A stretch of DNA of 64,000 bases from Myxococcota bacterium (GCA_965250285.1 OZ252299.1:160001-224000), one strand, 5' to 3'. Shown: positions 44,099-55,114, counted from the stretch's first letter. Notes: generated by a model not told the origin, from the letters alone. Made by a program: numbers and translations.

Positions 44099-45058
<960 letters not shown>

Positions 45059-45092
45059 ATCGCGGCCCGGCCATCGCGCCCCGGGACTGCGC

Positions 45093-45686
45093 GTGAACGC
45101 CGACCAGACCGCCCCCCTCGTCGGGGCGCATCTCGGCCGCGTGCCGCGGCTCGCCGACGACTGCTGGGTCGCCCCGGGCTGCCATCTGATCGGCGACGTC
45201 GAGGTCGGCCCCGACGCGAGCATCTGGTACGGCAGCGTGCTGCGCGGCGACGTCGAGCGCATCGTGATCGGCGCGCGATCGAATGTCCAGGACAACTCGA
45301 CGCTGCACGTGACGCGCGATCTGCATCCCTGCCTCATCGGCGAGGCGGTGACCATCGGGCACCGCGCGGTCGTGCACGGGTGCCGGGTGGGCGACGGCGC
45401 GCTGATCGGGATCGGCGCCATCGTGCTCGACGGCGCCGAGATCGGCGACGAGGCCTGGGTCGGGGCCGGCGCGACGGTGACGCCCGGCGCGGTGATCGAA
45501 AGTGGTATGCTGGCACTCGGCACGCCGGCGCGGGCCGTGCGGCGTCTCGAGCCCGACGAGATCCGCACACAGCGAGCGCGTACGCTCCACTACGTCGAGC
45601 TCTCGCGTGAGCATCTCGCAGCCGGTCTCGGGCGGCGTGGAGCCGACCTGTCTTCGGGTCGCGCTTCGGGGGCAGCTTCGAGCTGA
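45093..45686 (+). CDS. Gamma carbonic anhydrase family protein
   Basis: LRGD, NVQDNSTLH and TIGHRAVVHGC. Confidence 0.92.
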   Translation: MNADQTAPLVGAHLGRVPRLADDCWVAPGCHLIGDVEVGPDASIWYGSVLRGDVERIVIGARSNVQDNSTLHVTRDLHPCLIGEAVTIGHRAVVHGCRVGDGALIGIGAIVLDGAEIGDEAWVGAGATVTPGAVIESGMLALGTPARAVRRLEPDEIRTQRARTLHYVELSREHLAAGLGRRGADLSSGRASGAASS

Positions 45687-45759
45687 CGTTCGCGTCGAGC
45701 CGAGACGTGCGGAGCGCGGACGGACCGCGTAGGCAACGAAGGGACCGAGGGAACCGCCG

Positions 45760-46458
45760 GTGACGACCGAGAGCCCCGAACAGGCCGAGCAAGAGGACTC
45801 GCGCGCGAACCGGGCCGAGCGCAAGGCACAGTCGCGGCGCCGCATCCTCGACAGCGCCCGCGACGTGTTCTTTCGAGACGGCTTCATGGCCGCGAATCTC
45901 GACGAGGTCGCGGAGCGTGCCGGCGTCGCGAAGGGCACGCTCTACCGCTACTTCGAAAGCAAGGCCGATCTCTACGTGGCCGTTCTGGCCGACAACGGCA
46001 ACCGATTCACTGAGCTCATGCGCGAGTGCGTCTCCGAAGGCACGTCGCCGATGGAGCAGCTCGAGCGCATCAGCGACTTCTACTACGACTACTGGACGCG
46101 CCACCCCGAGCTCTTTCAGATCTTCTGGGCCATCGACAATCAGCCCGTCATCGGTGATCTGCCCGACTCGGTGATCGATGAGGTCTCGCGTCTGTGGGAA
46201 GAGAGCCTGCGGGTGCTCGAGAGCGTGATCGTGCGCGCGGTCGAGCGCGGCGACTTCGTCGACTGCGATACGTGGGAGGTCGCTCACATCCTGTGGACGA
46301 CGGCGACCGCCCTGATCCAGTCCGAAACGACGTCGGCGCGCCGCAGTCTGCGCCGCGCGCCGCTCGAACGCGTCTTCAAGGACGCGATCCATCTGATTCT
46401 GAAGGGTCTCTCGAACGGGGGCGCGGTCGGCGGTTCGGGTGGATCGACCGCCGTTTGA
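45760..46458 (+). CDS. TetR/AcrR family regulator
   Basis: VAERAGVAKGTLYRYFESK HTH. Confidence 0.93.
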   Translation: MTTESPEQAEQEDSRANRAERKAQSRRRILDSARDVFFRDGFMAANLDEVAERAGVAKGTLYRYFESKADLYVAVLADNGNRFTELMRECVSEGTSPMEQLERISDFYYDYWTRHPELFQIFWAIDNQPVIGDLPDSVIDEVSRLWEESLRVLESVIVRAVERGDFVDCDTWEVAHILWTTATALIQSETTSARRSLRRAPLERVFKDAIHLILKGLSNGGAVGGSGGSTAV

Positions 46459-46681
46459 CCGCAGCGCACCGCGGTCTGCTTGACACCGGCCTCAGGATGG
46501 GAAATTCTCGGCGTCCCAGGGTGTGACTCGGGGTCATTTTCGGGTGGCATCGTCCGTCGCGGCGACGCGAAGCGGATCGATCGGGTCGCCCGAAGACATT
46601 TTGGATGGAACGGCCGAGGCTGCGATCATCCCCCACGCGCGCGCGAAGCGCCGTCGGGAGCAGTTCGGTGAGGGGGACGCG

Positions 46682-46924
46682 ATGAGCGATGCGATGACGG
46701 GCAAGATTCGGGATCTGGTGGCGGAGCAGCTGGGCGTCGACGTCGGCACGCTCTCGTCGGAAGCCAACATCCTCGAGGATCTAGGCGCCGACTCGCTCGA
46801 CGTCGTCGAGCTCGTCATGGCCATCGAGGAAGAGTTCGACATCGAGATCCCCGACGAGGATGCGGAGTCGATGCGGACCCTGGGCGATGTCGAGAAGTAC
46901 GTGAGCGATCGCGTCGCGGCCTGA
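46682..46924 (+). CDS. acpP: Acyl carrier protein
   Basis: [27 protein letters not shown]. Confidence 0.95.
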   Translation: MSDAMTGKIRDLVAEQLGVDVGTLSSEANILEDLGADSLDVVELVMAIEEEFDIEIPDEDAESMRTLGDVEKYVSDRVAA

Positions 46925-46965
46925 GTACCGCCCGAGATCGGGGGCCGCCGGTCCCCGACCGAGCC

Positions 46966-47256
46966 TCAGCCTTCTCGCAGGCCCGGCAGCACCTCGTAGT
47001 ACGCCCCCAGTCCCGTGACCAGCAGCGACAGCGCGAGCGCGGCGTAGGGCCGCGCGTTCGCCCGCGTGACTTCGGCCGCCCGCAGCGTCAGGGTCTCTTC
47101 GTCGCCGCCCGCCTCGAGCACCTCGAGCAGGCCGGGCAGCGACATCAGCACCATGAACACGGCGGCGAACAAGACCAGGTAGAGGATGCCGATCGTGAAC
47201 CGCGGTCGAAACGCAGGAGCCCGGCGCGGCGGAGAGGGCGGTCGAGGGGACGACAT
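46966..47256 (-). CDS. Small two-TM membrane protein
   Basis: 96 aa with two hydrophobic helices. Confidence 0.6.
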   Translation of the reverse strand: MSSPRPPSPPRRAPAFRPRFTIGILYLVLFAAVFMVLMSLPGLLEVLEAGGDEETLTLRAAEVTRANARPYAALALSLLVTGLGAYYEVLPGLREG

Positions 47257-47359
47257 GCTGCGAGGCTACCGCGATCGCTGCGGCTCGGCCCGGCGCGGTT
47301 GCTCTCGACGCAGCTCGACGCGCGTTCCGCGCCGCCACCGACCCGGCTAACCTCCCGCC

Positions 47360-50068
47360 GTGGCCCCCAAGGACGACTCCTCGAAACAGCCCGCGCGTCG
47401 CCGTCTCGTCGTCATCGACGGCGCGAACACGGTCTACCGCGCATTCTTCGCCATCCCGCACCTGCGCGCGCCGGACGGCTTCCCGACCAACGCGCTGCAT
47501 GGGTTCGCGAACATGCTCGGGAAGGTGATCCGCGAGGAGTCGCCCGACTTCGTCGCTGTCGCGTTCGATCCGAAGGGCGGCAGCTTTCGCAACGACGTCT
47601 ATCCCGAGTACAAGGCGGGCCGCGACAAGCAGCCCGAAGACCTCTCGAAGCAGCTGCCCGTGCTGCGCGAGCTCGTCGACGCCTACGGGATCCAGCTGAT
47701 CGAGGTGCCGGGTTTCGAAGCCGACGACGTGGTCGCCACGCTCGTGGCGCAGGCCCCCGACGACGTCGATGTCTCGATCGTCAGCACCGACAAGGATCTG
47801 ATGCAGCTGGTGAGCGACCGCGTCGAGCTGCTCGACACGGTGAAGGATCGGCGCGTCGGCCCGAAGGAGGTCGAAGAGAAGTTCGGGGTGGGCCCCGATC
47901 GGCTTCTCGACGTCCGCGCCCTCGTCGGCGACTCGAGCGACAACATTCCCGGCGTGAAGGGGATCGGCGAGAAGGGCGCCGCCAAATTGATCGCGGAGTG
48001 GGGCAGCCTCGAGAAGCTGCTCGATCACGCGTCGGACGTGAAGGCGAAGCGCGCGCGTGAGGCGTTGATCGAACATCGCGACGCGGCCGTGTTGTCGAAG
48101 CAGCTCTCGACCCTGCGAGACGATGTCGCGCTGCCGTGCAGCCTCGAAGATCTTGCGCTGCCCGCGCCGGACGCCGACAAGCTGCGCCCGCTGTACGAGC
48201 GGCTGGGCTTCACCCGCCTGCTCGCCGCGCTCGAAGAGGGCGATGGCGGGTCTGCGCCGCAGAACGAAGCCGCCGAGGTCGAGATTCAGCGCTGCGTCCA
48301 GGCCGACGACATCCGGTCGAGCCTCGAGCGAGCCGCCGCGACGGGCGCGATCACGATGTGCTTGCTCGAGACCGGCGGCAGCGTCTGCGCGACCGTGCCC
48401 GTCGGTCTCGCACTCGCGCTCGGAGACGGCCGCGCGGCCTACGTGCCGCTCGACGCGAAGGCTTCGAACGAAGCGCCCGGGCTCGAAGCGGTGACCGAGG
48501 CATTGACTGCGGCATTCGCGAGCGAGACCACGGCCTGGGCGGCCCACGATGCGAAGCGCTGCGCGGCCTGGCTTCAATCGCTCGGTCTTGAGCCCGCCTC
48601 GCCCCGGGGCGACCTCTCGGTCGCCGCGTTCCTCGTCGACCCGGCCGGCTCGCACGCGGTCGATGCCCTCGCGTCGTCGCTGCTCGGCCGCAAGGTGCCG
48701 AGCCTCGAGGACGTCGCCGGGCGGGGCGCGAAGGCGACCCCGGTCGACGAGCTCGAGCTCGCCGTGGCCGAGCGCTTCGCCTGCGAGCAGGCGTGCGCCG
48801 TGGCCGAGCTGATCGAGCGGATGCACCCGCGCCTCGAGGAGCACGGCCTGGCCGATCTCTACCGCGACGTCGAGCTGCCGCTCACGACGGTGCTCGCGCG
48901 CGTCGAGCGAAACGGCGTGCGCATCGACGAAGAGAAGCTGGCCGCGCTCGGCCAGGAGTACGGCGATCTGCTCTCGAAGATCGAACAGGAGATCTACGAG
49001 CTGGCCGGCGAGGAGTTCTTGATCAGCTCGCCCAAGCAGCTGCAGGTGATCCTCTTCGAGAAGCTCAATCTGACGCCGCTCAAGAAGACGAAGACGGGCT
49101 ACTCGACGGCCGAGAGCGTGCTCGAGCAGCTGAAGCTCGATCATCCGCTGCCCGGTCGCATCCTCGACTATCGCAAGCTGTCGAAGCTGATGAGCACCTA
49201 CATCGACGCGCTGCCGCCGCTGGTCGACGAGCGCACCGGGCGAGTGCATCCGCAGTTCAACCAGAACGGGGCGGCCACCGGACGCATGAGCGCGACGCAC
49301 CCCAACGTGCAGAACATTCCGATCCGCGGCGAAGCGGGCGCCCGGATCCGCGAGGCGTTCGTCCCTGCGGTCGGTCGCGAGCTGATCTCGGCCGACTACT
49401 CGCAGGTCGAGCTGCGCATCCTGGCGCACTACTCGGGCGACGAGAGCCTGCGCGAAGCCTTCCGATCGGGGGAGGACATCCATGCGCGAACCGCCGCCGA
49501 GGTGGCGGGCATCTCGATCGATGAAGTCGACGCGGAGCGGCGCGCCCGTGCCAAGGCGGTCAACTTCGGGATCATCTACGGCTCTTCAGCGTTCGGTCTC
49601 GCGAACCAGCTCGGCATCGCGACCGGCGAGGCGCAGGAGACGATCGACGCCTACTTCGCGCGCTACGAGGGGGTGCGTCGATTCATCGACGAGACGATCG
49701 AAGACGCGCGCGACCGCGGCTACGTCACGACGTTGCTCGGACGTCGTCGCTACCTGCCCGATCTGCAGAGCCGCAATCGCGTGCTCAAGCAGGCCGCTGA
49801 ACGCATGGCCGTGAACACGGTCATCCAGGGCACGGCGGCCGATCTGATCAAGGCGGCGATGGTGCAGATCGACGGGATCGCGCGGGCCCAGTCGCTCGAT
49901 CTGACGATGATCTTGCAGGTGCACGACGAGCTGGTCTTCGAGATCGAACCGAGCGCGTTCGAAGCCCACAGCGAGCTGCTGCAGCACGAGATGACCCATG
50001 CGATGACTCTCTCGGTGCCCCTGGTGGTCGATGTCGGTCGGGGCGCGAACTGGCGTGAGGCGCACTGA
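47360..50068 (+). CDS. polA: DNA polymerase I
   Basis: 5'-3' exonuclease (IDG, EADD, DNIPGV) and polymerase motifs ADYSQVELR, KAVNFGIIYG and QVHDE. Confidence 0.99.
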   Translation: MAPKDDSSKQPARRRLVVIDGANTVYRAFFAIPHLRAPDGFPTNALHGFANMLGKVIREESPDFVAVAFDPKGGSFRNDVYPEYKAGRDKQPEDLSKQLPVLRELVDAYGIQLIEVPGFEADDVVATLVAQAPDDVDVSIVSTDKDLMQLVSDRVELLDTVKDRRVGPKEVEEKFGVGPDRLLDVRALVGDSSDNIPGVKGIGEKGAAKLIAEWGSLEKLLDHASDVKAKRAREALIEHRDAAVLSKQLSTLRDDVALPCSLEDLALPAPDADKLRPLYERLGFTRLLAALEEGDGGSAPQNEAAEVEIQRCVQADDIRSSLERAAATGAITMCLLETGGSVCATVPVGLALALGDGRAAYVPLDAKASNEAPGLEAVTEALTAAFASETTAWAAHDAKRCAAWLQSLGLEPASPRGDLSVAAFLVDPAGSHAVDALASSLLGRKVPSLEDVAGRGAKATPVDELELAVAERFACEQACAVAELIERMHPRLEEHGLADLYRDVELPLTTVLARVERNGVRIDEEKLAALGQEYGDLLSKIEQEIYELAGEEFLISSPKQLQVILFEKLNLTPLKKTKTGYSTAESVLEQLKLDHPLPGRILDYRKLSKLMSTYIDALPPLVDERTGRVHPQFNQNGAATGRMSATHPNVQNIPIRGEAGARIREAFVPAVGRELISADYSQVELRILAHYSGDESLREAFRSGEDIHARTAAEVAGISIDEVDAERRARAKAVNFGIIYGSSAFGLANQLGIATGEAQETIDAYFARYEGVRRFIDETIEDARDRGYVTTLLGRRRYLPDLQSRNRVLKQAAERMAVNTVIQGTAADLIKAAMVQIDGIARAQSLDLTMILQVHDELVFEIEPSAFEAHSELLQHEMTHAMTLSVPLVVDVGRGANWREAH

Positions 50069-50100
50069 AGCGGCTCGTGCGAGGCGCTCTGAAGCGCCCG
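50057..50100. repeat. Imperfect 24-bp-period duplication of the polA 3' end
   Basis: GAGGCGCACTGAAGCG (50057) versus GAGGCGCTCTGAAGCG (50081), 15/16 identical, spanning the stop codon. Confidence 0.75.
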
Positions 50101-50494
50101 CCTGGGGCTGCCCCTCGGGTGTGCGAGTTTTTTTCGAGACCGGGTGAAATTCCCTGCCACGGATCCGGTCGGGCGCCCACTTCCCCAGTACACATCAGAA
50201 TATCCCCTTCCCAGGGTGCCCGGGCTGACCGCATGGTTGACCCGGGTTTCTGCTTTCTGGGGCCGGATTCGGCCGAATGGGTGGATCGAACGCACGCGCG
50301 GGGCGCGCGGCCATTCGACGTCGGGCCCCGGCCTTCGCGTGGGCTGCCTGCGCAAGAAACTGCGCAGATGCGCTCTTCGAGGGCAGCCGACTTCCCTCTT
50401 GCGCACCGCGCGGGTCTCGGCACGACGTGCGTTGCGCGCGCAAGAGTCGGTGCAAGGTATTCGCGTTGGTGGGCTTCTCGAACCCGCGCGGGTT

Positions 50495-50510
50495 TGGCAA
50501 GCGCCTTGCT
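50495..50510 (+). promoter_or_regulatory. Sigma54 (-24/-12) promoter candidate
   Basis: TGGCAAG-CGCC-TTGCT versus consensus TGGCACG-N4-TTGCW. Confidence 0.65.
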
Positions 50511-50523
50511 CTTCAGCCGGGGT

Positions 50524-50859
50524 ATGGAAGCGCCCCGCCGCCCCCTCCGTATCCGCCGCCTGGCCACGCTCGCCGTCGCCGGGGGCAGCCTCGCGCTCAC
50601 GATGAGCGCGCCGGCAGAGGCATCGACACCGCCGTCGCCGGGGCTGCGGGTGGTGTGGGAGCGCGATCACTCGATCGACCCAGGCCTCGCGACGAGCCCG
50701 GCGCCGCGGCTGCCCGGGGAGCCCGGCCTCTGGCCGCGCATCGACCGAGGAGCGATGAGGCGAGTGCGCGAGGTGCCGTCCCCGGACGCCGCAGCGGGCG
50801 TCGACGTGCGCGGGCGCGCGCTGCCGGCGCGTCAATCGGCACTGGATGCACGCCGATGA
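50524..50859 (+). CDS. Small exported hypothetical protein
   Basis: RRLATLAVAGGSLALTMSAPAEA signal-peptide pattern, downstream of the sigma54 motif. Confidence 0.45.
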   Translation: MEAPRRPLRIRRLATLAVAGGSLALTMSAPAEASTPPSPGLRVVWERDHSIDPGLATSPAPRLPGEPGLWPRIDRGAMRRVREVPSPDAAAGVDVRGRALPARQSALDARR

Positions 50860-50920
50860 GGCACCTCGGCCTGACCGAAACGTCGCGTGTGCCGTGATCG
50901 GACGGCCGAGCTCGTTCGAC

Positions 50921-51481
50921 TCAGTCGAGCAGCTTGGCCTTGGCCACGGCGAACTCCTCCTCGGAGATGATGCCGTCGTCGGCCAACCTTCGAAGCTTGG
51001 CGATCTGATCCGCGAGCGATGACTGGTGCTGGATCTCGAGGGGGAACGACACGTCGGTCGTGACGACGAAGTCGGCCTCCTGATCGTCGATCTCGACGGC
51101 CGCACCGGGCGCGTCACCCTGATCGACTTCGTAGAGCACGAGTTCGTCGGTCTGGACCTGATCGGCTGCGATGCCCTGGGCCGCGACGCGACCCTCCCTC
51201 GAATCGAGGGCGTCGAGCGTCGTGCCGTCGACGTCGGCCTGGCGCTGTGCGGCTCGCTCCGCCGAAACGTTCTTGATCTCGGGGTTCAGGCGCTGGAGCG
51301 TGCGCTTTTCCGACGCTTCGAGGGCGACGTGGTTCGCCTTCATGAAGACGAACAGGCCGAGAACGCAGATGATCAAGCCGGGAAAGAAGGCAATGGCCGG
51401 GAGCAACCCGTTGGTCGTGCCCAGGAACGTGAGCGCGCCCACGACGAGCAGAAGCAATCCGGTCGGCCGGGACGGTTTCAT
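50921..51481 (-). CDS. Two-TM protein with C-terminal SHOCT domain
   Basis: Two N-terminal TMs and LADQIAKLRRLADDGIISEEEFAVAKAKLL. Confidence 0.88.
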   Translation of the reverse strand: MKPSRPTGLLLLVVGALTFLGTTNGLLPAIAFFPGLIICVLGLFVFMKANHVALEASEKRTLQRLNPEIKNVSAERAAQRQADVDGTTLDALDSREGRVAAQGIAADQVQTDELVLYEVDQGDAPGAAVEIDDQEADFVVTTDVSFPLEIQHQSSLADQIAKLRRLADDGIISEEEFAVAKAKLLD

Positions 51482-51584
51482 GGCGGACTCCGCAAGAGAC
51501 GGTCGACGGCCGCGGCGCGCGACCGGCGAATCGTGTGACTCGATCGGCGAAACGCCCCGCGAGACTTGAGATCGTTCGCAGCCG

Positions 51585-51617
51585 CCCCCCCCCCCCCCCC
51601 CCCCCCCCCGGGGGGGG
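51585..51617. repeat. Homopolymer C25 followed by G8
   Basis: Read directly from the sequence. Confidence 0.9.
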
Positions 51618-51833
51618 ATGAGGTCAAGGCGCTGGGCCGAGCGTGGGTGGGCGAGCAGCGCCGGGTCCGGGCCCAGGTCGAGGGGTTCGAGGCCGCTGCG
51701 GGCCATCGCAGGGCGTGCGGGGCGCCGCCTTCGGGTTCCAGAAAAAATGGCCCATCTCTTTGCCCGATCGGCGGCGGGCTCTCGCTTACGGGGATGAGGC
51801 CCATGACGGGCCCGAACATCGAGGAGCCCGCCG

Positions 51834-52484
51834 ATGAACCCCGTGCCGTGCGACCCCGCCGCCCGACCCAACCCGATCCAGCCGGCCGAAACGCCCCAGC
51901 GCCCGACATTCGCCGGGCTTCGCCCCAGGGAGCGCCAGCTCGTGCTGGGGCTGCTCGACCGCAGCCCCGATGCCTTCGATGCCTTCGATCGCGAGTACCG
52001 CGAGCGCATCCGCCGCTTCGCGCTCAAGCGGCTGCGCGACCCCGTCGAGGCCGAGGACGTCTGCCAGGATGTCTTCCTCGACGTACACCGCAGCATCGCG
52101 ACGTTCGAGGGGCGGTCGAGCTTCACGACCTGGATCTTCGGCATCGCGCACCATCAGGTGCATCGTCGGTTTCGCCGGCGAGGCCGCGACCACATCTCGC
52201 TCGAGAGCCAGACCGTAGAGGACCTCGCGGTCGAGCGGCCGCGCATCGAGGCCCGTGTCGATGCGGCGCGCACGCTCGCCGTGCTCGACCGCGCGCTCGA
52301 AGAGGACGTCTCGCCGCGACATCGCCAGATCTTTCATCGCCGCTACCGCGATGGGCTGGCGACGCGAGAGATCGCGAGCGAGATCGGCCGCTCGAATCAG
52401 TCGGTGAAGATCAGCCTGTTCCGCACCCGACGCACGCTCGAGGCGCGTGCCCATGGGCTCGGAGAGCTGCTCGAGGCGTGCTGA
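51834..52484 (+). CDS. ECF sigma-70 factor
   Basis: AEDVCQDVFL, FEGRSSFTTWIFGIA and region 4 REIASEIG..SVKISLFR. Confidence 0.92.
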   Translation: MNPVPCDPAARPNPIQPAETPQRPTFAGLRPRERQLVLGLLDRSPDAFDAFDREYRERIRRFALKRLRDPVEAEDVCQDVFLDVHRSIATFEGRSSFTTWIFGIAHHQVHRRFRRRGRDHISLESQTVEDLAVERPRIEARVDAARTLAVLDRALEEDVSPRHRQIFHRRYRDGLATREIASEIGRSNQSVKISLFRTRRTLEARAHGLGELLEAC

Positions 52485-52524
52485 GGCGCTGCCACGTGTG
52501 CGAACCGCGCGACCGGCGACTGCG

Positions 52525-53106
52525 TCAGTCTGCGAGATGCTTCGCGAGCTGCTCGCGCGCAAGGCTCCAGTCGTTCTTCGCCGTTCGCTCCGACACACCG
52601 ATCTCGCGCGCGATCTCGGGGAAGGCGAGGCCACCAAAGACGCGCAGCGTGACGACGGTCGCCGCTCGATCGTTGCGCAGGGCGAGGGCCTCGAGCGCTT
52701 CGCGCGCGGCGTCGAAACCGGCCTCGTCGTTCTCGAGCGCGGGAAAGATCGACTCATCGAGGCTCTGGCGCACTGCACCGCCGCCGCGTTTGTCGGCCAC
52801 CCGGGCCCGGGCGTGGTCGATCAGCACATGGCGCATGATGGCCGAAGCGGTGGCGTAGAAGTGCGAACGATCCCGCCAGGCGTCGGCCGAGCGCGTCGCG
52901 AGCCGCACGTACGTCTCGTTCACGACGGCAGTCGCACCGAGGGTATGGTCGGGGCGCTCGCCCCGACACAGGGCGCCCGCCCGCGCCCGCAGCTCGGGGT
53001 AGACCAACGCCCAGAGCCGATCGGCGGCCGGCCCCTCACCCGATGTGCGCAGCAGCTCGGTGATCTCACCGGGGCGCCCCTCTGCGTCGCGCGCGTCATC
53101 GACCAT
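52525..53106 (-). CDS. ECF sigma factor, TIGR02999/ECF43-like
   Basis: LVYPELR, HTLGATAVVNETYVRL, MRHVLIDHAR..KRGG and ERTAKNDW..AR. Confidence 0.92.
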   Translation of the reverse strand: MVDDARDAEGRPGEITELLRTSGEGPAADRLWALVYPELRARAGALCRGERPDHTLGATAVVNETYVRLATRSADAWRDRSHFYATASAIMRHVLIDHARARVADKRGGGAVRQSLDESIFPALENDEAGFDAAREALEALALRNDRAATVVTLRVFGGLAFPEIAREIGVSERTAKNDWSLAREQLAKHLAD

Positions 53107-53255
53107 GTTCGCTCCTCGAACTGCACCCCGAGGCTAGCAGGCGCGCCCGGTCCTCCAGCGCACGACGAGGTAGACTGCGCTCCCTTCGCGGCCGCCCATG
53201 CGCCGCGCAGAGACCACGACGTCGCGTACGCAGCGCGACTCAAGGGAGCGAATCG

Positions 53256-54026
53256 ATGCAGGATCTCTTCGACGTCTCGAGCAAGACCGTGCTCGTCACC
53301 GGCGGCACGAGCGGCATCGGTGAGATGATCGCGCGGGGCTTCGTCGAGAACGGCGCGAGAACGTACGTCGCCTCGCGCAAGGCCGATCAGTGCGCCGAGA
53401 CCGAGAAGGTGCTCGGTGAGTTGGGAACCTGCATCGGGATCCCCGCCGATCTCTCGACCGAAGCCGGCTGTAATGCGCTGGCCGATGAGATCGTGTCGCG
53501 CGAGGGCAAGCTCGACGTGCTCGTGAACAACGCCGGCGCGAACTGGGGCGAGCCGCTCGACAGCTTCCCGGATGCGGCCTGGGACAAGGTGCTCGCGCTC
53601 AACGTCAAGGCGGTCTTCCACCTCACGCGACGTCTCGTACCGGCGCTCGAGAAGGCGGCCAGCGATGACGATCCCGCCCGCGTGATCAACATCGGGTCGA
53701 TCGACGGTCTCAAGCCGCCCCTGCTCGACACGTTCTCGTACTCGGCGAGCAAGGCGGCCGTGCATCACATGAGCCGTGTGCTCGCCAAGAAGCTGGCCCC
53801 GCAACGCATCACGGTGAACGCCGTGGCGCCGGGTCCGTTCCAGAGCAAGATGATGAAGGCGACGCTCGAACGGTTCGGCGATTCGATCCGCGATACCAAC
53901 CCGCTCGGCCGAATCGGTCAGGACGAGGACATGGCGGGGATCGCGATCTTCCTCGCCTCGCGTGCCGGCGCCTACATCACGGGCGCCGTGATCCCCGTCG
54001 ATGGCGGCATCTCGACGACCAGCTGA
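53256..54026 (+). CDS. SDR family oxidoreductase (RhlG-like)
   Basis: TGGTSGIG, NNAGANWG, IGSIDG and YSASK. Confidence 0.93.
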   Translation: MQDLFDVSSKTVLVTGGTSGIGEMIARGFVENGARTYVASRKADQCAETEKVLGELGTCIGIPADLSTEAGCNALADEIVSREGKLDVLVNNAGANWGEPLDSFPDAAWDKVLALNVKAVFHLTRRLVPALEKAASDDDPARVINIGSIDGLKPPLLDTFSYSASKAAVHHMSRVLAKKLAPQRITVNAVAPGPFQSKMMKATLERFGDSIRDTNPLGRIGQDEDMAGIAIFLASRAGAYITGAVIPVDGGISTTS

Positions 54027-54175
54027 GCGGCCCCCGGGATCCCCCGGGTGCACTATGCTCCGGGCGCGTCGCGGTCTCGCGACGCCGTGTGCGCGCGGTC
54101 CTGCGCGCGACTGGGGCCCTTGACGCGAGCCGAATCGCGCCGCATCCGCTCGAGGATGCGCTGCCCGGAGAATCC

Positions 54176-55093
54176 ATGTCCGAAGAACCCCTGATCGCCG
54201 TCTTCGTCGACTTCGAGAACCTCGCGCTCGGCGTGCGGGACATGAAGTGGGGACAGTTCCGCGTCGATCTCGTGCTCAAGCGTCTGCTCGAGAAGGGGCG
54301 CATCGTCTACAAGCGCGCGTATTGCGACTGGAGTCAGTATCGCGACGACGTCCGTGAGTTCCACGCGCGCGGCATCGAGCTGATCGATATTCCGCGCAGT
54401 CGCGTTTCGGGAAAGAACAGCGCCGACATCCACATGGTCGTGGACGCGCTCGATCTCTGTTACGGCAAGTCGCATATCGACTCGTTCGCGCTGCTCACGG
54501 GCGATAGCGACTTCTCGCCGCTCGTGTCGAAGCTGAAGGAGAACGACAAGCGCGTGATCGGCTGCGGCGTGAAGCGCTCGACGTCGAATCTGCTCATCGC
54601 GAACTGCGACGAGTTCATCTACTACGATGATCTCGTGCGTGCGGCCGAGAAGAGCGGCCCGCAGCGGAGCCGCAAGCGAGGTGCGTCGGCCGACGAGCAG
54701 GGCGGCAAAGCCGACAAGGCGGAGAAGGCTGCGCGCGGTCGCAACGGCAAGTCGGACAAGACCGAGAAGACCGAGAAGACCGAGAAGGCGGAGAAGGTCG
54801 AGAAGGCCGAGCGCTCCGACAAGGCCGATGGCGGCGGCAAGGCCGGCGACCGCAACCCCGAAGCGCTCGATCAGCTCCTCGAGATCATCGAGTCGCTGTC
54901 GCTCGACTACGACGCGATCTGGGGCTCGATGATCAAGCAAACGATGCGGCGCGTGTATCCCGGCTTCAACGAGGCCTACATGGGCTACCGCAACTTCGCC
55001 GACCTGCTGCAGCAGGCCGAGAGCGACGGCTACATCGAGCTCGAGTTCGACCGCGATCGCGGCAACTACAAGGTGCGGCTCCTCGACGACTGA
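54176..55093 (+). CDS. NYN domain (LabA/DUF88) protein with OST-HTH/LOTUS domain
   Basis: VDFEN, GKNSADI, TGDSDF, CDEFIYYD and PGFNEAYMGY..F..LL. Confidence 0.92.
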   Translation: MSEEPLIAVFVDFENLALGVRDMKWGQFRVDLVLKRLLEKGRIVYKRAYCDWSQYRDDVREFHARGIELIDIPRSRVSGKNSADIHMVVDALDLCYGKSHIDSFALLTGDSDFSPLVSKLKENDKRVIGCGVKRSTSNLLIANCDEFIYYDDLVRAAEKSGPQRSRKRGASADEQGGKADKAEKAARGRNGKSDKTEKTEKTEKAEKVEKAERSDKADGGGKAGDRNPEALDQLLEIIESLSLDYDAIWGSMIKQTMRRVYPGFNEAYMGYRNFADLLQQAESDGYIELEFDRDRGNYKVRLLDD

Positions 55094-55114
55094 TTCGCGC
55101 GCTGGCGACGGCGA

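Noticed and set aside
48300..48800. PolA 3'-5' exonuclease domain lacking catalytic acidic residues
   Set aside because: This is common among bacterial Pol I enzymes and is not novel.
50100..50340. Possible riboswitch or ncRNA after polA (also 1-300, 27870-28260, 39770-40190)
   Set aside because: Hairpins are present but I could not match any conserved family motif by eye. An Infernal/Rfam scan would be needed.
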